In this document: piece by piece, positions 19,626 through 32,014 of the stretch
Layout of the letters: each line of letters begins with the position of its first letter
Position numbering within the stretch: the first letter of the stretch is position 1
Translations under genes and position numbers: made by a program
Origin: an uncultured delta proteobacterium
GTDB taxonomy: Bacteria; Myxococcota; Myxococcia; Myxococcales; Myxococcaceae
NCBI GenBank assembly: GCA_963776345.1
Contig: CAVZMH010000016.1
Coordinates: forward strand, 512,001 to 576,000
Direction: 5' to 3'
DNA length: 64,000 nt
Notes under the pieces: model-generated
What the model was told of the DNA's origin: nothing
The model's input: only the letters and a program-made list of their open reading frames with translations
The model's database searches: none

Positions 19626-20320
19626 CTCGCCGGCGACACGCGCGCCGACATCCGCGCACGGATGGTGCGCTCGAGCTGCTGCACCACCTCCGACAGCGGC
19701 AGCACCGAGCTGTCCACCCGCACCGCGTCGTCCGCGGGCTTCAGGGGCGCCACCGCCCGCGAGGCGTCGTCTCGGTCACGCTTGGTCTGGTCGGCGAGCA
19801 CCGCGTCCAGCGTGCTCTCGGCGCCCTTCTGGAACAGCTCCTCGTAGCGGCGCCGGGCGCGGACATCCGGATTGGCCTCGAGGAAGAACTTGAGGTCCGC
19901 GTCGGGGAAGACCACCGTCCCGATGTCCCGCCCCTCGAGCACCGCCCCCACCGGCGCCTCCAGCGCCAGCCGCCGCTGGAGCCCGAGCAGCCCGTCGCGC
20001 ACCACCGGCCGCGCCGAGACCGCGCTCGCCAGGAGCGAGATCTCCGGGGTGCGGATCTCCGCCGAGACGTCCTCCCCGTCGAGGTACACCCGGTTCTCGT
20101 CCCCCACCGCCTTGAAGGAGATACGGATACGCCCGATGAGCCCGGAGAGGCCGGCGTCGTCCTCCACCGCGATGCCCTGGCGGCGGGCGGAGAGGGCCAC
20201 CGTCCGGTAGAGGGCGCCGGTGTCCACGAACGACAGCCCGAGCCGCCGCGACAGAAGCTTGGACACCGTGCTCTTCCCCGCTCCGGCCGGCCCGTCGATG
20301 GCGACGATGAAGGGGCGCAT
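19622..20320 (-). CDS. cmk: Cytidylate kinase
   Basis: 'AIDGPAGAGKST', 'DTGALYR', 'EGRDIGTVVFPDA'. Confidence 0.97.
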   Translation of the reverse strand: MRPFIVAIDGPAGAGKSTVSKLLSRRLGLSFVDTGALYRTVALSARRQGIAVEDDAGLSGLIGRIRISFKAVGDENRVYLDGEDVSAEIRTPEISLLASAVSARPVVRDGLLGLQRRLALEAPVGAVLEGRDIGTVVFPDADLKFFLEANPDVRARRRYEELFQKGAESTLDAVLADQTKRDRDDASRAVAPLKPADDAVRVDSSVLPLSEVVQQLERTIRARMSARVSPAS

Positions 20321-20326
20321 CGGCGC

Positions 20327-21295
20327 TCAGCCGGCCACGGCGAACGGGCCCATCGCCCGGAACTTGCGGTAGCGGTCCTCGACCAGCGCCGGCCCGTCCA
20401 GGGCGAGCAGGGGGTGGAGGTGCTTCCTGAGCACCCGTCCGAGGTACTCGGCGGCCCGCGCCGGGTCCCGATGCGCCCCGCCCTCCGGCTCGGGCACCAG
20501 CTCGTCGACCACCTTCATGCCCAGGAGGTCGCGGGCGGTGAGCTTGAGCGCGTCCGCCGCCTTCTCCGCCTTGGTGGTGTCCCGGTAGAGGATGCTGGAG
20601 CAGGACTCGGGGCTGATGACCGAGTAGATGCTGTTCTGGAGCATCAGGACCCGGTTGGCCACCGCGATGGCCAGGGCGCCGCCCGAGCCGCCCTCGCCGA
20701 TGACCACGCTGACGATCGGCACGCGGAGCCGGCTCATCACCTCGAGGTTGGCGGCGATGGCCTCGGCCTGGCCGCGCTCCTCGGCGCCGATGCCCGGGTA
20801 GGCGCCCGGGGTGTCCACGAAGGTGAGGAGGGGCCGGCCGAACCGCTCGGCCAGCTCCATCAGCCGCCGCGCCTTCCGGTAGCCCTCGGGACGGGGCATC
20901 CCGAAGTTCCGGAGCATGTTCTCCTTCGTGTTCCGGCCCTTCTGGTGCCCCACCAGCATCACCGGCCGCCCGTCCAGCCGGGCCCAGCCTCCGACGATGG
21001 ACGGGTCCTCGCCGTAGGAGCGGTCCCCGGCCAGCTCGAAGAAGTCGGTGAAGAGCAGCTGGACGTAGTCCAGGAAGTAGGGCCGCTGAGGGTGACGCGA
21101 GAGCTGGGTCACCTGCCAGCGGGACAGATCGGAGAAGATCTCCGACTGGAGCCGCCGGGCCTTCTTCTCCAGCTTCTGGATCTCGGTGGAGAAGTCGCTC
21201 GGGCCGCTGCCGGAGAGCGCCTTCAGCTCGTCGATCTTCCGCTCCAGCTCGATCAGCGGCCGCTCGAAGTCGAGGGCGAACGCGGGGCTGGCCAC
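20327..21295 (-). CDS. accA: Acetyl-CoA carboxylase carboxyltransferase alpha subunit
   Basis: 'LDFERPL', 'RNFGMPRPEGYRKA', 'DTPGAYPGIGAEERGQ', 'GEGGSGGALA'. Confidence 0.97.
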   Translation of the reverse strand: MASPAFALDFERPLIELERKIDELKALSGSGPSDFSTEIQKLEKKARRLQSEIFSDLSRWQVTQLSRHPQRPYFLDYVQLLFTDFFELAGDRSYGEDPSIVGGWARLDGRPVMLVGHQKGRNTKENMLRNFGMPRPEGYRKARRLMELAERFGRPLLTFVDTPGAYPGIGAEERGQAEAIAANLEVMSRLRVPIVSVVIGEGGSGGALAIAVANRVLMLQNSIYSVISPESCSSILYRDTTKAEKAADALKLTARDLLGMKVVDELVPEPEGGAHRDPARAAEYLGRVLRKHLHPLLALDGPALVEDRYRKFRAMGPFAVAG

Positions 21296-21299
21296 GGCC

Positions 21300-23234
21300 T
21301 CAGGCGGCCCGGGTCTTGGCCTGGGTGGCGGTGAGCGCGTACCAGGCGGTGCGGAAGGACTTGAGCTCGCGCAGGCCGGCCGGGTAGCGGCCCAGCGCCG
21401 GGGCAACGGTCACCGGAAGGCCGATCTTCTTCTCCAGCGCCTTGGCGACGTTGAGCTCCTGACGGCGGCGCTCCTCGGCGGCGGGGTCGGTGGTCTTCGG
21501 CAGGACGCGGTTCACCAGGACCCGCTCCACCGCCAGCTTCTTGCCCTGGAGCTCCTCGACGATCCGCTCGGTGCGGGCCGCGGCCAGGTCCTCACCCCGG
21601 GTGACGACCACGAACCGCGCCTCGGCGGGGTTCACCACCGCCTCCTCGAAGCGCTTCACGTGCTTGAGCAGCGCGGCGGCCTCGTCGGCCAGCTCGCCCA
21701 GGCCCTTGGACCGGTACTTCACCAGGACCGCCAGGAGGTTGGTCAGCCAGGTCCGCGCCAGCTCGGGCACCTCGAGGAGCCGCACGCCGGTGGACGAGGC
21801 CACCGGGTCCACCACGATGCGCTTGAAGCGCTCCTGGACCAGCGCGTCGGTCAGGACGCTCACCGCCGCCAGGTCCTCGAGGCCGGCCGGGGCGACGTCG
21901 AGCAGGTTCCGGAGCACCTCACGGTCCACGGCCTCCTGCTTGCCGAAGGACTCGAAGACCCGCTCGGCCTTCTCCCGCCAGCGCTTCCTCAGCGCGTTGA
22001 ACCAGCCGGGCACGTCCAGCTCGCGGGCGTAGAGCCCCTTGGTGCCCTTCACCTGGGTCTCGGTGTCGGTCAGCCGGCTCTGCAGCACGTCCGAGAGGCC
22101 GTGCGCCGGGTCGACGCTGATCAGCAGCACCGGCCCTTCCTTCTCGGTCAGCGTCACCGCGGCAGCGGCGGCGCAGGACGACTTCCCCACCCCGCCCTGA
22201 CCCACGAAGAAGATGAGCCGGGTCGGCGGCAGCGGCGGCGCGGCGATGGGCGGCATCGACGGCGCGCGCACCAGGGCCGGCGGCCCCTCGGCCGCGCTGA
22301 ACTCGAGGGCCTTGGTCTCCCTGCCCCCGGCGATCTCCTTGGCGAACGGCCGCAGGGCCTCCAGCCCGCGCGGCGCCTCGACCCGGCGCTGCACCAGGTG
22401 CACCGGAACGGTCTTGTCGAAGGTCTGGAACTTGCGGACGTGAGGCGCCTGGAGCCCGCGCCGGCCGACGAAGGCCGGGGAGCTGGCCCGCTCCTCCACC
22501 GCGTTGACCACGATCTCCGCCACCGGGATGCCGCGCTCGCGCAGCCCGGTGAAGAGCGCCTTGGTCTGGGCCTCGCCCACCGGCTCGGCCTGGGCCACCA
22601 GGTGGAACGCGGTCCGGGCCGGGTCCTTCACCAGCGCCCAGAAGCGCTCCAGCTCGGCCACCAGCTGGTCCAGCGGGGTGTCGCCGACGGGCGCCGCGTC
22701 CTTCTTCTTCCCGGTGGGCTTCTCGCCCCGCGCCAGGGCCACCGCCCGGCGGAGCAGGGTCGCGGCGTCGAACAGCCGGAGGGTGGGGCCGGTGCCGGCC
22801 ATGTCCACCACCGCGCGGTCGAGCTTCCCCGACTCGAGCTGGGCGACGACGTCGAGGAGCCCGAGCAGCGGCTCGAGCCCGGGCATCACGCCCGAGACCA
22901 GCTTTCCCACGTCCTCCTCGCCGAGGAGGAGGCCCTTGGCCGCCCCCGAGAGCAGCGCCGCGCGGATGGCCTCGGCGCGGGCCTGCACCGACTCGGTCTC
23001 GAACTCGTACGCCGACAGCCCACCCTCTCCCTTGCCGAGGACGAGCTTGGTGGGCTTCCCGGACAGGCGCTTCTTCCACACGTCCGAGAGGGCGCGGGTG
23101 GGCTCCGAGCTGCAGAGCAGCACCGTCTCCTTGGGAGCGGCGTCGGTCAGGGTCAGGGCGAAGGCAGAGGCCAGGGTGCTCTTACCTGCGCCTCCCTTTC
23201 CTCCGAACAGGTGCAGAACGGGTCCGTCACGCAT
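21300..23234 (-). CDS. Tandem-domain ArsA/GET3-family ATPase
   Basis: Two P-loops, 'GGKGGAGKS' and 'VGQGGVGKS'; 'SVDPAHGLSD'; no ars genes nearby. Confidence 0.85.
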   Translation of the reverse strand: MRDGPVLHLFGGKGGAGKSTLASAFALTLTDAAPKETVLLCSSEPTRALSDVWKKRLSGKPTKLVLGKGEGGLSAYEFETESVQARAEAIRAALLSGAAKGLLLGEEDVGKLVSGVMPGLEPLLGLLDVVAQLESGKLDRAVVDMAGTGPTLRLFDAATLLRRAVALARGEKPTGKKKDAAPVGDTPLDQLVAELERFWALVKDPARTAFHLVAQAEPVGEAQTKALFTGLRERGIPVAEIVVNAVEERASSPAFVGRRGLQAPHVRKFQTFDKTVPVHLVQRRVEAPRGLEALRPFAKEIAGGRETKALEFSAAEGPPALVRAPSMPPIAAPPLPPTRLIFFVGQGGVGKSSCAAAAAVTLTEKEGPVLLISVDPAHGLSDVLQSRLTDTETQVKGTKGLYARELDVPGWFNALRKRWREKAERVFESFGKQEAVDREVLRNLLDVAPAGLEDLAAVSVLTDALVQERFKRIVVDPVASSTGVRLLEVPELARTWLTNLLAVLVKYRSKGLGELADEAAALLKHVKRFEEAVVNPAEARFVVVTRGEDLAAARTERIVEELQGKKLAVERVLVNRVLPKTTDPAAEERRRQELNVAKALEKKIGLPVTVAPALGRYPAGLRELKSFRTAWYALTATQAKTRAA

Positions 23235-23515
23235 GGGATGTCTGATGTGCTCCGGCGGCCTTCGTGGCAACACCGGAGCGACCCCCAAGAATCCTCCGTT
23301 CGGGGGCAAAAAGTCAAGGACGACCGGACGCGTCAACGCGCCACGTCACCGCTGATTCCTCAGTCATTCCAGCAGGTTCTTTTTTTATCGGGCGGAGGCT
23401 GTGAGGCCCCGGACGGCTCCGGCGCCTCGGGCTTCTTCCCCGGACGTGTCGGCCGGGCACGGACGCCGTCGGCATCGCGGAGGATCGGGTCGCCCCCGGG
23501 GCCGTGCCACCGCGG

Positions 23516-23965
23516 TCAGATCGGTCCCGGAGCGGCCGGCGGCGCCCCTTCGAGGCTCACCAGCTCGAGCTTGAGCTGGCCCGCGACCTCGAAGATGCGC
23601 GGGTCCCGGTAGAACTCTCCGTAGACGATGCGGACACACCCGGAGTTGGCGACGAGCTTGAAGCAGGGCCAGCACGGGCTCGCGGTGGTGTAGAGCGTCG
23701 CGCCGTCGATGCGGACGCCGTTCTTGGCCGCCTGGAGGATGGCGTTGGCCTCGGCATGCACCGTGGCCACGCAGTGGTTGTTCTCCATCATGTGCCCCAC
23801 CTCGTCGCAGTGGGGCAGCCCGCGGATGCTGCCGTTGTATCCGGTGGAGAGGATGGTGCGGTCACGCACCAGCACCGCGCCGACGTGCTTGCGGTCGCAG
23901 GTCGCCCGGGTCGCGACCTGCTTGGCGATGTCCATGAAGTACTGGTCCCACGAGCTCCTGGCCAT
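23516..23965 (-). CDS. dCMP deaminase (ComEB-like)
   Basis: 'SWDQYFM', 'HAEANAI', 'SPCWPC'. Confidence 0.93.
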   Translation of the reverse strand: MARSSWDQYFMDIAKQVATRATCDRKHVGAVLVRDRTILSTGYNGSIRGLPHCDEVGHMMENNHCVATVHAEANAILQAAKNGVRIDGATLYTTASPCWPCFKLVANSGCVRIVYGEFYRDPRIFEVAGQLKLELVSLEGAPPAAPGPI

Positions 23966-24023
23966 ACACCGCGGGACTTAACCACCCGGGCCCCACATCG
24001 GCCCGTGCCCCCCACCAGGGCGC

Positions 24024-26256
24024 TCAGCCGTAGCGCTTCCGGACCAGGAAGATGATGGCCTCCTTGGCGCACACCTCGCAGTACCCGTACCGCTCGCGCA
24101 TCGCGGCGAGCGTCTGCGCCACCTGCTCCAGCTCCCGGCTGGAGAGGGCGCTCCGCTCGCCCGAGAGGGCCTTCAGCACGTTCTCCGCCCCCCGGCTCAG
24201 GGCCCGCTTCCGCTCCTCGAAGAAGTGCGCCCGGAGCCGCCGGAGCAGGTCCGGAAAGATGCGGGCGTAGTCCATCGCCCCCTCGGGGTTCTCCAGCCGG
24301 TGCGCGCCGATCTGCCCGATGAGGCCGCGGCGGAACTCGCCCGGGTCGTCGCCGCGCGGCATGACGATGCCCTCCATCTCCGCCATGCGCTTCTCGTCCG
24401 GCCGCTCCATCTCCCCGGTGTGGCGGTTGCGCATCTTCTCGTTCTTCACCCAGTGCCGGACGTGCTGCACGTAGGTCTCGAAGAGCGAGGTGTACTGCTC
24501 GTCGGAGACCAGCTTCATCGACTCGCGCACCTCGGCGTCCACCGACTCGAGGTACTGCGCCTCGACGGTGCGCACGAACTCCTCGTGGTCGTGGTACCCG
24601 TCGACGACCTCCTCCTGGAGGAACTCGTAGACGCTCTTGTCGCGGGTGAGCGCGGTCAGCTCCTCGAGCACCGCCAGCGGGCTGAGGCAGGGCCGGTCCG
24701 GGTTCTGGGCGGCGTTGAAGAGCGCGGTCTTGATCTCCCGGGCCGAGGCGCCGGTGCGGCCCTCGTAGTTCGGGTAGGCGTCGGACTCCTGGTACAGCGC
24801 CGGGAGCCACTTCTTGAGCTCCCGGGCCTGGGCCAGGCTCAGCCGGTCCGGCGCGGCGCCGTCCTCGTAGAGCGCCATCTTCTCCAGCGGGGTGAGCCCC
24901 TCGAGGATCTCCCGCACGTCCGCCGGGTAGCGCTCGCGCACCGGCTTCTTCAGCCGGGTGAGCACCGCCCACTGCGCAGCCACCTCGGTCGCGTGCGGGG
25001 CCACGTGCTTGCCCACCGTCCGGGTGGTGACCTGCGCGTCGTAGATCTCCTTCTCCGCCTTCCACCGGCGGAGGTACGGCACCCGGACCAGCTCGATGCG
25101 CCCCTTGAAGCTGGCGAAGTCGGGCAGCTCCTTGAAGGCGGCGAGGTGCTTCTCGTTGCTCGAGGCGACCAGCACCTCGTCGAGCTGGAGGACGAAGTGC
25201 TCCAGCGGCACCTCGCCGGTCTCGCTGAAGCCGAGCAGGTACTTGAACGCCTCGAGCGGGCGCTTCAGGAGGTCCGCGTACTCCATGATGCCCCGGTTGG
25301 CGTTCACCAGCGGGCCGTGGGGCTCGAAGAGGACGACGTTCTGGAGCGCCGCCGGGAGGTTGGCCTGGCTCCGGTCCGCGGAGACCTGGTGGTAAGCGGC
25401 GTCCACGCTCAGGTGCGGCTCGACGGTCACCGCCCCCACCAGGTAGCGGCGCGAGAGGTAGAAGCGGCGGACCTGCACGTGCCGGAGGATGCGCAGCCAG
25501 TCGCCGTTCGACGCCGCCAGGAGCGCGTTGTAGATGCGCCGGCACTTGTGGCAGAGCTCGCCGTCGACGATCCAGTCGGCGAGGACCGCCTCGCCGTCCC
25601 CGGCCCGGCGCCGAGATCTTCAGCGCCCGCTCCAGCAGCTTCCGCCGCTCGTCGCGAGGCATGGCGAAGAGCGGGTGGTCCCGCATCTCGCACGTCACCC
25701 GGACCTCGACGCTCTCCTCGTCGAGGTGGGCGTAGGTGGTCAGCTCGCCGCCGCCGGTCCGCTCGCCGAAGCCGATGCTCCCCTTGACCAGCTTCTCGGA
25801 GGGAAAGATCCACGCCAGCTCGTAGAGCGCGCCCTGGGGCTCCCGCGAGTAGAGCTCCATGCCCCGCTTCAGGGCGTCCACCAGCGTGGACTTGGCCGAA
25901 CCGTTGGGGCCATGGAGCAGGATCAGCTTGTTCACCGCCCCGGCCCGGACGAAGTTGCCCATGAGCCGGTACAGCGCGTTCTGGACCTCCTCCTGGCCCG
26001 CCACCCGCCCCATCCGCTCACCGTCGGTGAGGTCGAACAGCTTGAAGCGCCGCATCGGCCCGGCCGGGTGCGGCACCGGCGCGGTCCCGAAGTGGTCCAG
26101 GACGTCCCGGAGGTACTGCGCGGAGTTGCGCACCTGGGCGTGGGGCCCCTGGAGGAACAGGTCCAGGTACTCCTCGAAGGAGAGGATGCTGCGGTCCTGG
26201 AGGAAGTCGCGGCTCACCACCGCGCCCACCTCCTTGAGGAAATCCTTCGCGCTCAC
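24024..26256 (-). CDS. prkA: PrkA-family serine protein kinase / AAA+ protein, frameshifted near 25605 (probable sequencing error)
   Basis: N half 'LLHGPNGSAKST'; C half 'GPLVNANRGIMEYADLLKRP'; frame changes at CCG GGC C GGG GAC. Confidence 0.85.
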
Positions 26257-26392
26257 GGTCGGCTGCTCCCTCGGGAGCGGGCGCCCCGGCTCGCCCACCC
26301 ACGTCGCCCTTCAGTCTCCCTCCAGTCCCGACCGATGCGCCAGCACGCCCCCGAACGGCAGGCTGGCTTGCTAACCTCCGGGCCCGACCCTC

Positions 26393-27913
<1,521 letters not shown>

Positions 27914-27952
27914 GGCCCGGGGGGCGGCTTGCTGGCCCGCGCGCGCTGACCG

Positions 27953-29230
27953 CTACGCGGTCTTCTTCTCCTTCTCCAGCACCAGCTGCGGCGGCTCGTG
28001 CTTGGTCACCACTTCCTGGGTGATCTTGCACTCCCGCACGCCCTCCCGGTAGGGGACGTCGTACATGATGTCCAGCATCGCGTCCTCCATGATGGCGCGG
28101 AGGCCGCGGGCGCCGGAGCTCCGCCGCATCGCCTCGCGGGCGATGGCGCGGAGCGCTTCCTTGGTGAAGCTGAGCTTCACCTTCTCGATCTCGAAGAGCT
28201 TCTGGTACTGCTTCACCAGCGCGTTCTTCGGCTGGGTGAGGATGGTGACCAGGTCGTCCTCGCGCAGGTCGTTGAGCGTGGCCACCACCGGGAGACGCCC
28301 CACGAACTCGGGGATCATCCCGAACTTCATGAGATCTTCGGGCTCCACCAGCTTCAAGAGCTCGCCCACGGTTCGCTCGTCCTTGTGGACGATCTTCGCC
28401 CCGAAGCCGAGGCCCTTCTCCCCCACCCGACGGCGGATGATCGAGTCGATGCCGTGGAAGGCGCCGCCGCAGACGAAGAGGATGTTGCTGGTGTCGACCT
28501 GCACGTACTCCTGCTGGTTGTACTTCTTGCCGCCGCGCGGGGTGACGTTGGCCCGGGTGCCCTCGATGATCTTCAAGAGGGCCTGCTGCACGCCCTCGCC
28601 GCCGACGTCACGGGTGACCGACGGGGTGTCTCCCTTGCGGGCGATCTTGTCGATCTCGTCGATGTAGACGATGCCCCGGGCCGCCTTCTCCACGTCGTAG
28701 TCGGCGTTGTGGAGCAGGTTCTGGATGATGTTCTCCACGTCCTCGCCCACGTACCCGGCCTCGGTGAGGCTGGTGGCGTCGGCGATGGTGAAGGGGACGT
28801 TGAGGAAGCGCGCCAGGCTCTGGGCGAGCAGCGTCTTGCCGCTCCCGGTGGGGCCGATGAGCAGGATGTTGCTCTTGCTCAGCTCGACGTCCTCGTGCCC
28901 GGCGGCCTTCACCCCCGGGCGCGGCCGGGCGGGAGGCTTCTTCTGGTAGATGCGCTTGTAGTGGTTGTAGACCGCGACCGCGAGGACCTTCTTGGCGTGG
29001 TCCTGGCCGATGACGTAGTCGTCGAGGAACGACTTGATCTCGGTCGGAGTCGGCAGCGAGACCTGCGGCTTGCCCTCCTCGCGATCGTGCTCCTCGGCGA
29101 TGATGTCGTTGCAGAGCTTGATGCACTCGTCGCAGATGTAGACCGTCGGGCCGGCGATGAGCTTGCGCACCTCGCGCTGTGACTTCCCGCAGAACGAGCA
29201 GGACAGGTTGACGGTGTGCTCCTTCTTCAC
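27953..29230 (-). CDS. clpX: ATP-dependent Clp protease ATP-binding subunit ClpX
   Basis: Zn finger 'CSFCGK...CDEC', 'GPTGSGKT', '[10 protein letters not shown]', ClpP-docking 'LGF'; GTG start. Confidence 0.97.
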   Translation of the reverse strand: MKKEHTVNLSCSFCGKSQREVRKLIAGPTVYICDECIKLCNDIIAEEHDREEGKPQVSLPTPTEIKSFLDDYVIGQDHAKKVLAVAVYNHYKRIYQKKPPARPRPGVKAAGHEDVELSKSNILLIGPTGSGKTLLAQSLARFLNVPFTIADATSLTEAGYVGEDVENIIQNLLHNADYDVEKAARGIVYIDEIDKIARKGDTPSVTRDVGGEGVQQALLKIIEGTRANVTPRGGKKYNQQEYVQVDTSNILFVCGGAFHGIDSIIRRRVGEKGLGFGAKIVHKDERTVGELLKLVEPEDLMKFGMIPEFVGRLPVVATLNDLREDDLVTILTQPKNALVKQYQKLFEIEKVKLSFTKEALRAIAREAMRRSSGARGLRAIMEDAMLDIMYDVPYREGVRECKITQEVVTKHEPPQLVLEKEKKTA

Positions 29231-29417
29231 CCTCTCTGACCTCCAGGGCAGTGGCCCTGACCGACGATCGAGGACTCCAGCACAGACCCAGATGCCCGCG
29301 CCACCTCCGACGCTGCCGCGAGTGCGGGGTCCCTGTCCAATATAAGTCCCGGGTTCCAGGCACCGCAGGCGACTGATCCGCAACTGCCGCCGCGTGACTG
29401 CGCTCCCCTGGGGCGCC

Positions 29418-30047
29418 TCAGCTCCCTGCCCGCTCGACGGCCAGGGACTCGACGGTCGCCGCGAGGTCGTCTGCCTGGGTCCGGACGGACGCCGGGACCC
29501 CGCGGCACACCCGGAGCTCCTCGGCGAGACGGCGGGCGGTGCGTGCGAGCTGACCCAGGCGCACCTCCACCGGCGCAGCCTCGGGGGCCGGGCGGGGGAA
29601 GCGCTCGCTCAGCTCGCGTCGCACCGCGGCGACGGGCCGTTCGGGGTCCCAGATCGAGTCGCGGATGCTCCGGTACTCCTCGGCGTCGAGCGCCCCGCGC
29701 TCCTCGGCCTCGGCGAGGACCTCGACCACCTCGAAGGCCGGCGCGGGGCTCGCCTCCGGCGCGTCGGGGCGCCAGCCGCGCTCGTGCCGGTCCAGGAAGC
29801 TCCACGAGCGCGTGAGCTTCAACGCGGTGGCCTTGCGGATCCGGAGCTCCTTGCTGCAGTAGGCCTCGAAGCTCCCGAAGCCCCACCCCTCCCACAGCGC
29901 CTCATCCCGCACCCGGGTCAGCACCTTCGCCAGCCCGGTCCAGGAGGCCTTGAAGGTGCGGGCCGCGCGCAGGACCTCCTCCCGGAACCCATCGGCAGGT
30001 CCCGGCTCGGCGCCCGCCGAGACGTCGATGATCGGCGCCCGCGCCAT
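29418..30047 (-). CDS. Hypothetical protein
   Basis: 'MARAPIIDV...[12 protein letters not shown]...[28 protein letters not shown]'; GC3-biased frame; ATG overlaps the upstream stop. Confidence 0.75.
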   Translation of the reverse strand: MARAPIIDVSAGAEPGPADGFREEVLRAARTFKASWTGLAKVLTRVRDEALWEGWGFGSFEAYCSKELRIRKATALKLTRSWSFLDRHERGWRPDAPEASPAPAFEVVEVLAEAEERGALDAEEYRSIRDSIWDPERPVAAVRRELSERFPRPAPEAAPVEVRLGQLARTARRLAEELRVCRGVPASVRTQADDLAATVESLAVERAGS

Positions 30048-30925
30048 CAGCCCGCGCCTCGCCCGATGGTGAACGACAGTCCCACCGTGGCCTGCTGGCC
30101 CTCGTACGGCCGGAAGGGCCAGCGCTGCAGCTCCCGGAGGAGGCATTCTTGCAGGGCGCTTTCGGCGAAGCGCGGGTGGTCCACCCACAGCTTCTTCACC
30201 TGGCCGTCGTTGCCGATGACGAACTCGATGGGGATGCGCTCGGAAAGCCCCGGCGATCGCCTCGCCTCCTCGGCGAAGCAGGGGTACAGCGTGCGCTGCC
30301 GCTGGGCGATGACGCTCTGGATCGCCCCGCGGTCGAACCTGGCCTCGACGCTCACGTCGTCCGGATCGTTCTCCGGGGCCCCGGGTCCCGCCTTGCCACC
30401 CAGGCCGGCGGGCCTGGTCCCCGTCCCCGTCGGGCGCTTCCCGCCCCTGTCCAGCGGGTAGTCGAGCATCTCGTCCTGCTGCTTGCGCGCCCGGGCGAGG
30501 CGAATGACCGGAGGCTCGACGGCGATCGCCGCCTCCTCGGCCCGGGCGGCGTCGAAGGTGCCGTGCACCGCCATGTACCGGGCCACCGCGCCCGCCGCCC
30601 CGGCGACCACCAGCGCCACCGCGGCGAGGATGCCCAGGCGCACATTCCGCTGGCGCCTGGCCCGGTCGTGCACCCGGCGCTCGAGCGCGTCCACCCGCCA
30701 CTTGGCCTCGGCCTTGGCGAGGTGGACCCGGAGCGCCTCCACCTGGGTGATGCGCTCGAAGTCCTCGCCCACCAGGGCGATCTCGGTCTGGCCGTTGATG
30801 TCGCCCGCGTACAGCCGGTCCAGCAGCTGCCGGCCCTGGACCGGGCCGAGCACCAGCTCGCCCTTGCGGTACAACCACTCTCCCCCGAGCGGCTGCTCGG
30901 CGTGTTCGGCGTCGCGCGAGTCCAT
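30047..30925 (-). CDS. GYF_2 + TM + TonB-C-like (AgmX/PglI C-terminal domain) protein
   Basis: 'WLYRKGELVLGPV' (GYF_2); one TM; 'IQSVI...LYPCF...IEFVIGNDG...CLL...WPF'. Confidence 0.8.
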   Translation of the reverse strand: MDSRDAEHAEQPLGGEWLYRKGELVLGPVQGRQLLDRLYAGDINGQTEIALVGEDFERITQVEALRVHLAKAEAKWRVDALERRVHDRARRQRNVRLGILAAVALVVAGAAGAVARYMAVHGTFDAARAEEAAIAVEPPVIRLARARKQQDEMLDYPLDRGGKRPTGTGTRPAGLGGKAGPGAPENDPDDVSVEARFDRGAIQSVIAQRQRTLYPCFAEEARRSPGLSERIPIEFVIGNDGQVKKLWVDHPRFAESALQECLLRELQRWPFRPYEGQQATVGLSFTIGRGAG

Positions 30926-30964
30926 GGCTCAGGAGCCCGGGTAGTCTACCCTGCCGGCGGTCAC

Positions 30965-31777
30965 GTGAGGCGACGGCGTCTGGCGCTGTGGGTGTGGTAC
31001 CGGGGCGACCGGTTCCTGGGCTGGCAGTCCCAGCGGACCGGCCTCTCGGTGCAGGAGACGCTGGAGGCGGCGCTCGTCGCCCGCGGGGTGTCCGGTCGTC
31101 CGATGGCCGCCGGGCGCACCGACCGCGGCGTTCACGCCCGCTGCCAGCCGGTGAGCGTGCGCGTCCCCCCGGAGATGCCGCCCGGTGGGCTCCTGCAGCT
31201 CGGGGGCGAGGGATGGGGCGTGGCCGCCGCGGTGCCCGCGCCCGACGGATTCCACGCGCAGTGGTCGAGCGCATCGAAGGAGTACCGCTACCGGCTCGCC
31301 ACCGGCCCCGTGCCCGCGCGCTGGAGTGGCCTGGTGTGGGAGACGAGGACGCACCCGCGGCTCGCGGGGAGAACGGTCGAGCTCTCGCGAGTCCGCCAGG
31401 CGCTGGAGCGCGCGGTCGGTACGCGCGACTTCTCGGCGCTGCACGCGGCCTCGAGCGTGCGCCGGCCGAGGACACTCCAGGTCGTGTCCTGGGTGGAGCG
31501 CGGAGGCGTGGTGGAGGTCGGCCTGCGCGGGGACGCGTTCGGCCGCTACGGCGTGCGCCTGCTGGTGGGCGGCGCGGTGCTGGTGGGGGCGGGGCTGGTG
31601 GAGCAGTCAACGTGGGAGCGCGCGCTCGACACTGCGACCGCGTTCGAGGGGCTCCGCGCACCGGCGGCCGGGCTCACGCTCTGGTCCGTGCGCTACCCGG
31701 AGCGGCTCGATCCGTTCGCCGCCGTGACGCCGCGGCTACCCGGAGGGCCACCCTTCGTGCTCCTGGATCAGGCCTGA
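30965..31777 (+). CDS. truA: TruA-family tRNA pseudouridine synthase
   Basis: 'YRGDRFLGWQSQ', 'AGRTDRGVHA', 'FHA', 'APAAGLTL'. Confidence 0.85.
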   Translation: MRRRRLALWVWYRGDRFLGWQSQRTGLSVQETLEAALVARGVSGRPMAAGRTDRGVHARCQPVSVRVPPEMPPGGLLQLGGEGWGVAAAVPAPDGFHAQWSSASKEYRYRLATGPVPARWSGLVWETRTHPRLAGRTVELSRVRQALERAVGTRDFSALHAASSVRRPRTLQVVSWVERGGVVEVGLRGDAFGRYGVRLLVGGAVLVGAGLVEQSTWERALDTATAFEGLRAPAAGLTLWSVRYPERLDPFAAVTPRLPGGPPFVLLDQA

Positions 31778-31962
31778 GGCGGCGCGCCGAACGGCACCGC
31801 CGGTGCGTTGTGCTTGGCGAGCACGTCGGCGATGGCCTCGCGCAAGTATTCGCTCTGGCGGATGCGGGTGGTGCGCGAGAGGGACTTCAGGGCCTCCAGC
31901 CGGTCCCGGGTGAGCCGGAAGACGACCGAGGTGAGGCGGGGCGTTGGGTGGGAGATAGTCAT
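31768..31962 (-). CDS. Ribbon-helix-helix DNA-binding protein
   Basis: 'TSVVFRLTRDRLEALKSLSRTTRIRQSEYLREAIADVLAKH'. Confidence 0.8.
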   Translation of the reverse strand: MTISHPTPRLTSVVFRLTRDRLEALKSLSRTTRIRQSEYLREAIADVLAKHNAPAVPFGAPPQA

Positions 31963-32014
31963 ACCTTGATACACATCGTCCTACGTCCCGTGGCCCGGTC
32001 AACTTCTTCGCCGG

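Noticed and set aside
21300..23234. Arsenic resistance operon
   Set aside because: No arsR/B/C/D or acr3 nearby, and the metalloid-binding cysteine set is not evident.
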